A stretch of 63,888 nt of DNA, counting the filler, from Octopus bimaculoides (lineage: Eukaryota): assembly GCF_001194135.2 (NCBI RefSeq). It is 5 parts of 5 records of this genome, joined end to end, with 100 filler letters (N's around TTAATTAATTAA, not from the genome) between each part and the next. Parts side by side here need not be neighbours in the genome. Positions count along the whole stretch, not along the records: positions 62,861 to 63,888 come from NW_026297305.1; 4 more parts are not named here. One strand, 5' to 3'. This document shows, piece by piece, positions 62,861-63,888 of this stretch. A program made the translations under genes and the position numbers. Each line of letters opens with the position of its first letter. The first letter of the stretch is position 1. The notes under the pieces were generated by a model. That model had not been told where the DNA came from. It saw only the letters and a program-made list of their open reading frames with translations, and ran no database searches.

Positions 62861-63888
62861 ATATATACAATCTTTTTTGTGCATGGGACAAAAGATGGTA
62901 CAGCAGCTGACCTGGCTACAATCTCAGAGACAAGACTATCCCCAATACACAAGACCATCACAGCAAATAGACCCAAGATGGGCACCAACACACACATCAC
63001 ATCGGTGCTCTTACTGAACATCAGATGACTGTTATCACTTAGTAACAGGACAAAAATCCCTTTCTTGAGACACCTTGTTGCTTGCAATCAAGCCTTATGC
63101 ATAGCACTTACGGAAACACACCTAAAACCAGATATAGGAAATGCAGAAATACACATAACACAGTATGTTGTATTACGGACCGACAGAAAAGAAAGGAGTC
63201 ATGGTGGAGTTGCTATGTACATCCGCGAAGACCTCACACCCCAGGTCCTTTTGTCACACTCAAATTCAGTATGTGACACATTAATTGTACATATAAGACA
63301 ACTCAATGTAGTTACATGTGCTACATATCGCCCTCCAGATGCTCCAAATCATGTAGGCAAGTTTGAAGACTGCCTTACAAAAATAGAAGTTCTAGTCACA
63401 TTAGAACAACACATAAGTGTACTTCTTATGGGAGACTTCAATCTGCCCAATGTCAGATGGCCCGAGGGCCTTTCTCTCCCAGGAATGATGCAATACAAAC
63501 AAGGACAGGTGAATTCCCTCCTGAACCTTGCCAATACTTTGTACATGGAACAAATAGTACTCCAACCAACCAGGGCAGGTAACATACTGGATCTCTGCTT
63601 CACAAATAATATGGATCTCATCCATAATGTGAAAGTGACACCGACGCTACTCTCGGATCACAACATGGTAGAGCTGACCATATATGGACCAAAGGAAACC
63701 ATGGACATGCAGCCTACAAAAAACTCTCAGAATCTTTCCAATTTGAACTTTCATAAGGCAAACTGGAAACAAATTGAGAAAGAGATCCTCAAACAAAACT
63801 GGCCTAAATGTCTCTCCTCAGCAGACATCGACATGAAGCTTAAACAATTCATGTTTGTAATGCAAGCCATATGCTACAAATGTGTCCC
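62861..63888 (+). mobile_element. CR1/L2-type LINE: probable ORF1 end and ORF2 APE endonuclease domain, running off the window end
   Basis: Frame from ATG 62978: MGTNTHITSVLLLNIR*LLS... (TGA 63026-63028), then open to 63888 with APE motifs TETHL (63110-63124), YRPP (63326-63337), GDFN (63431-63442), PTRAGNILDL and SDH (63653-63661). An overlapping upstream frame ends at TGA 63015-63017. Confidence 0.93.

Overview
Eukaryotic, AT-rich, microsatellite-saturated draft-genome sequence. The SINE families and the (TA)n/(CA)n/(TATG)n/(AGAT)n load point to a coleoid cephalopod, probably Octopus (inference). About 9 kb is N. Four identical 100-nt spacers (44N-TTAATTAATTAA-44N) mark artificial scaffold joins, so the window is five segments whose adjacency may not be real. 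No nameable host gene is supported; almost all ORFs in the track are translated simple repeats or gaps. Supported content: (i) about 25 full or partial tRNA-derived SINE copies of several families, including all four combinations of two heads and two tails; (ii) fossils of an RTE LINE (RT motifs GLRQG, FADD), a mariner transposase (WVP, TGDEKW) and a Penelope GIY-YIG C-terminus, a near-intact CR1/L2-type LINE endonuclease ORF running off the window end, and a LINE 3' end; (iii) two long fold-back inverted repeats; (iv) a few candidate exons of unknown genes. The most interesting signal is a set of minimal type I hammerhead ribozyme motifs in three unrelated repeat contexts: an intact-core hammerhead downstream of the Penelope fragment, a three-copy ~180-bp non-coding repeat with a covarying stem II, and a decayed hammerhead in the tail of a tRNA-headed SINE.
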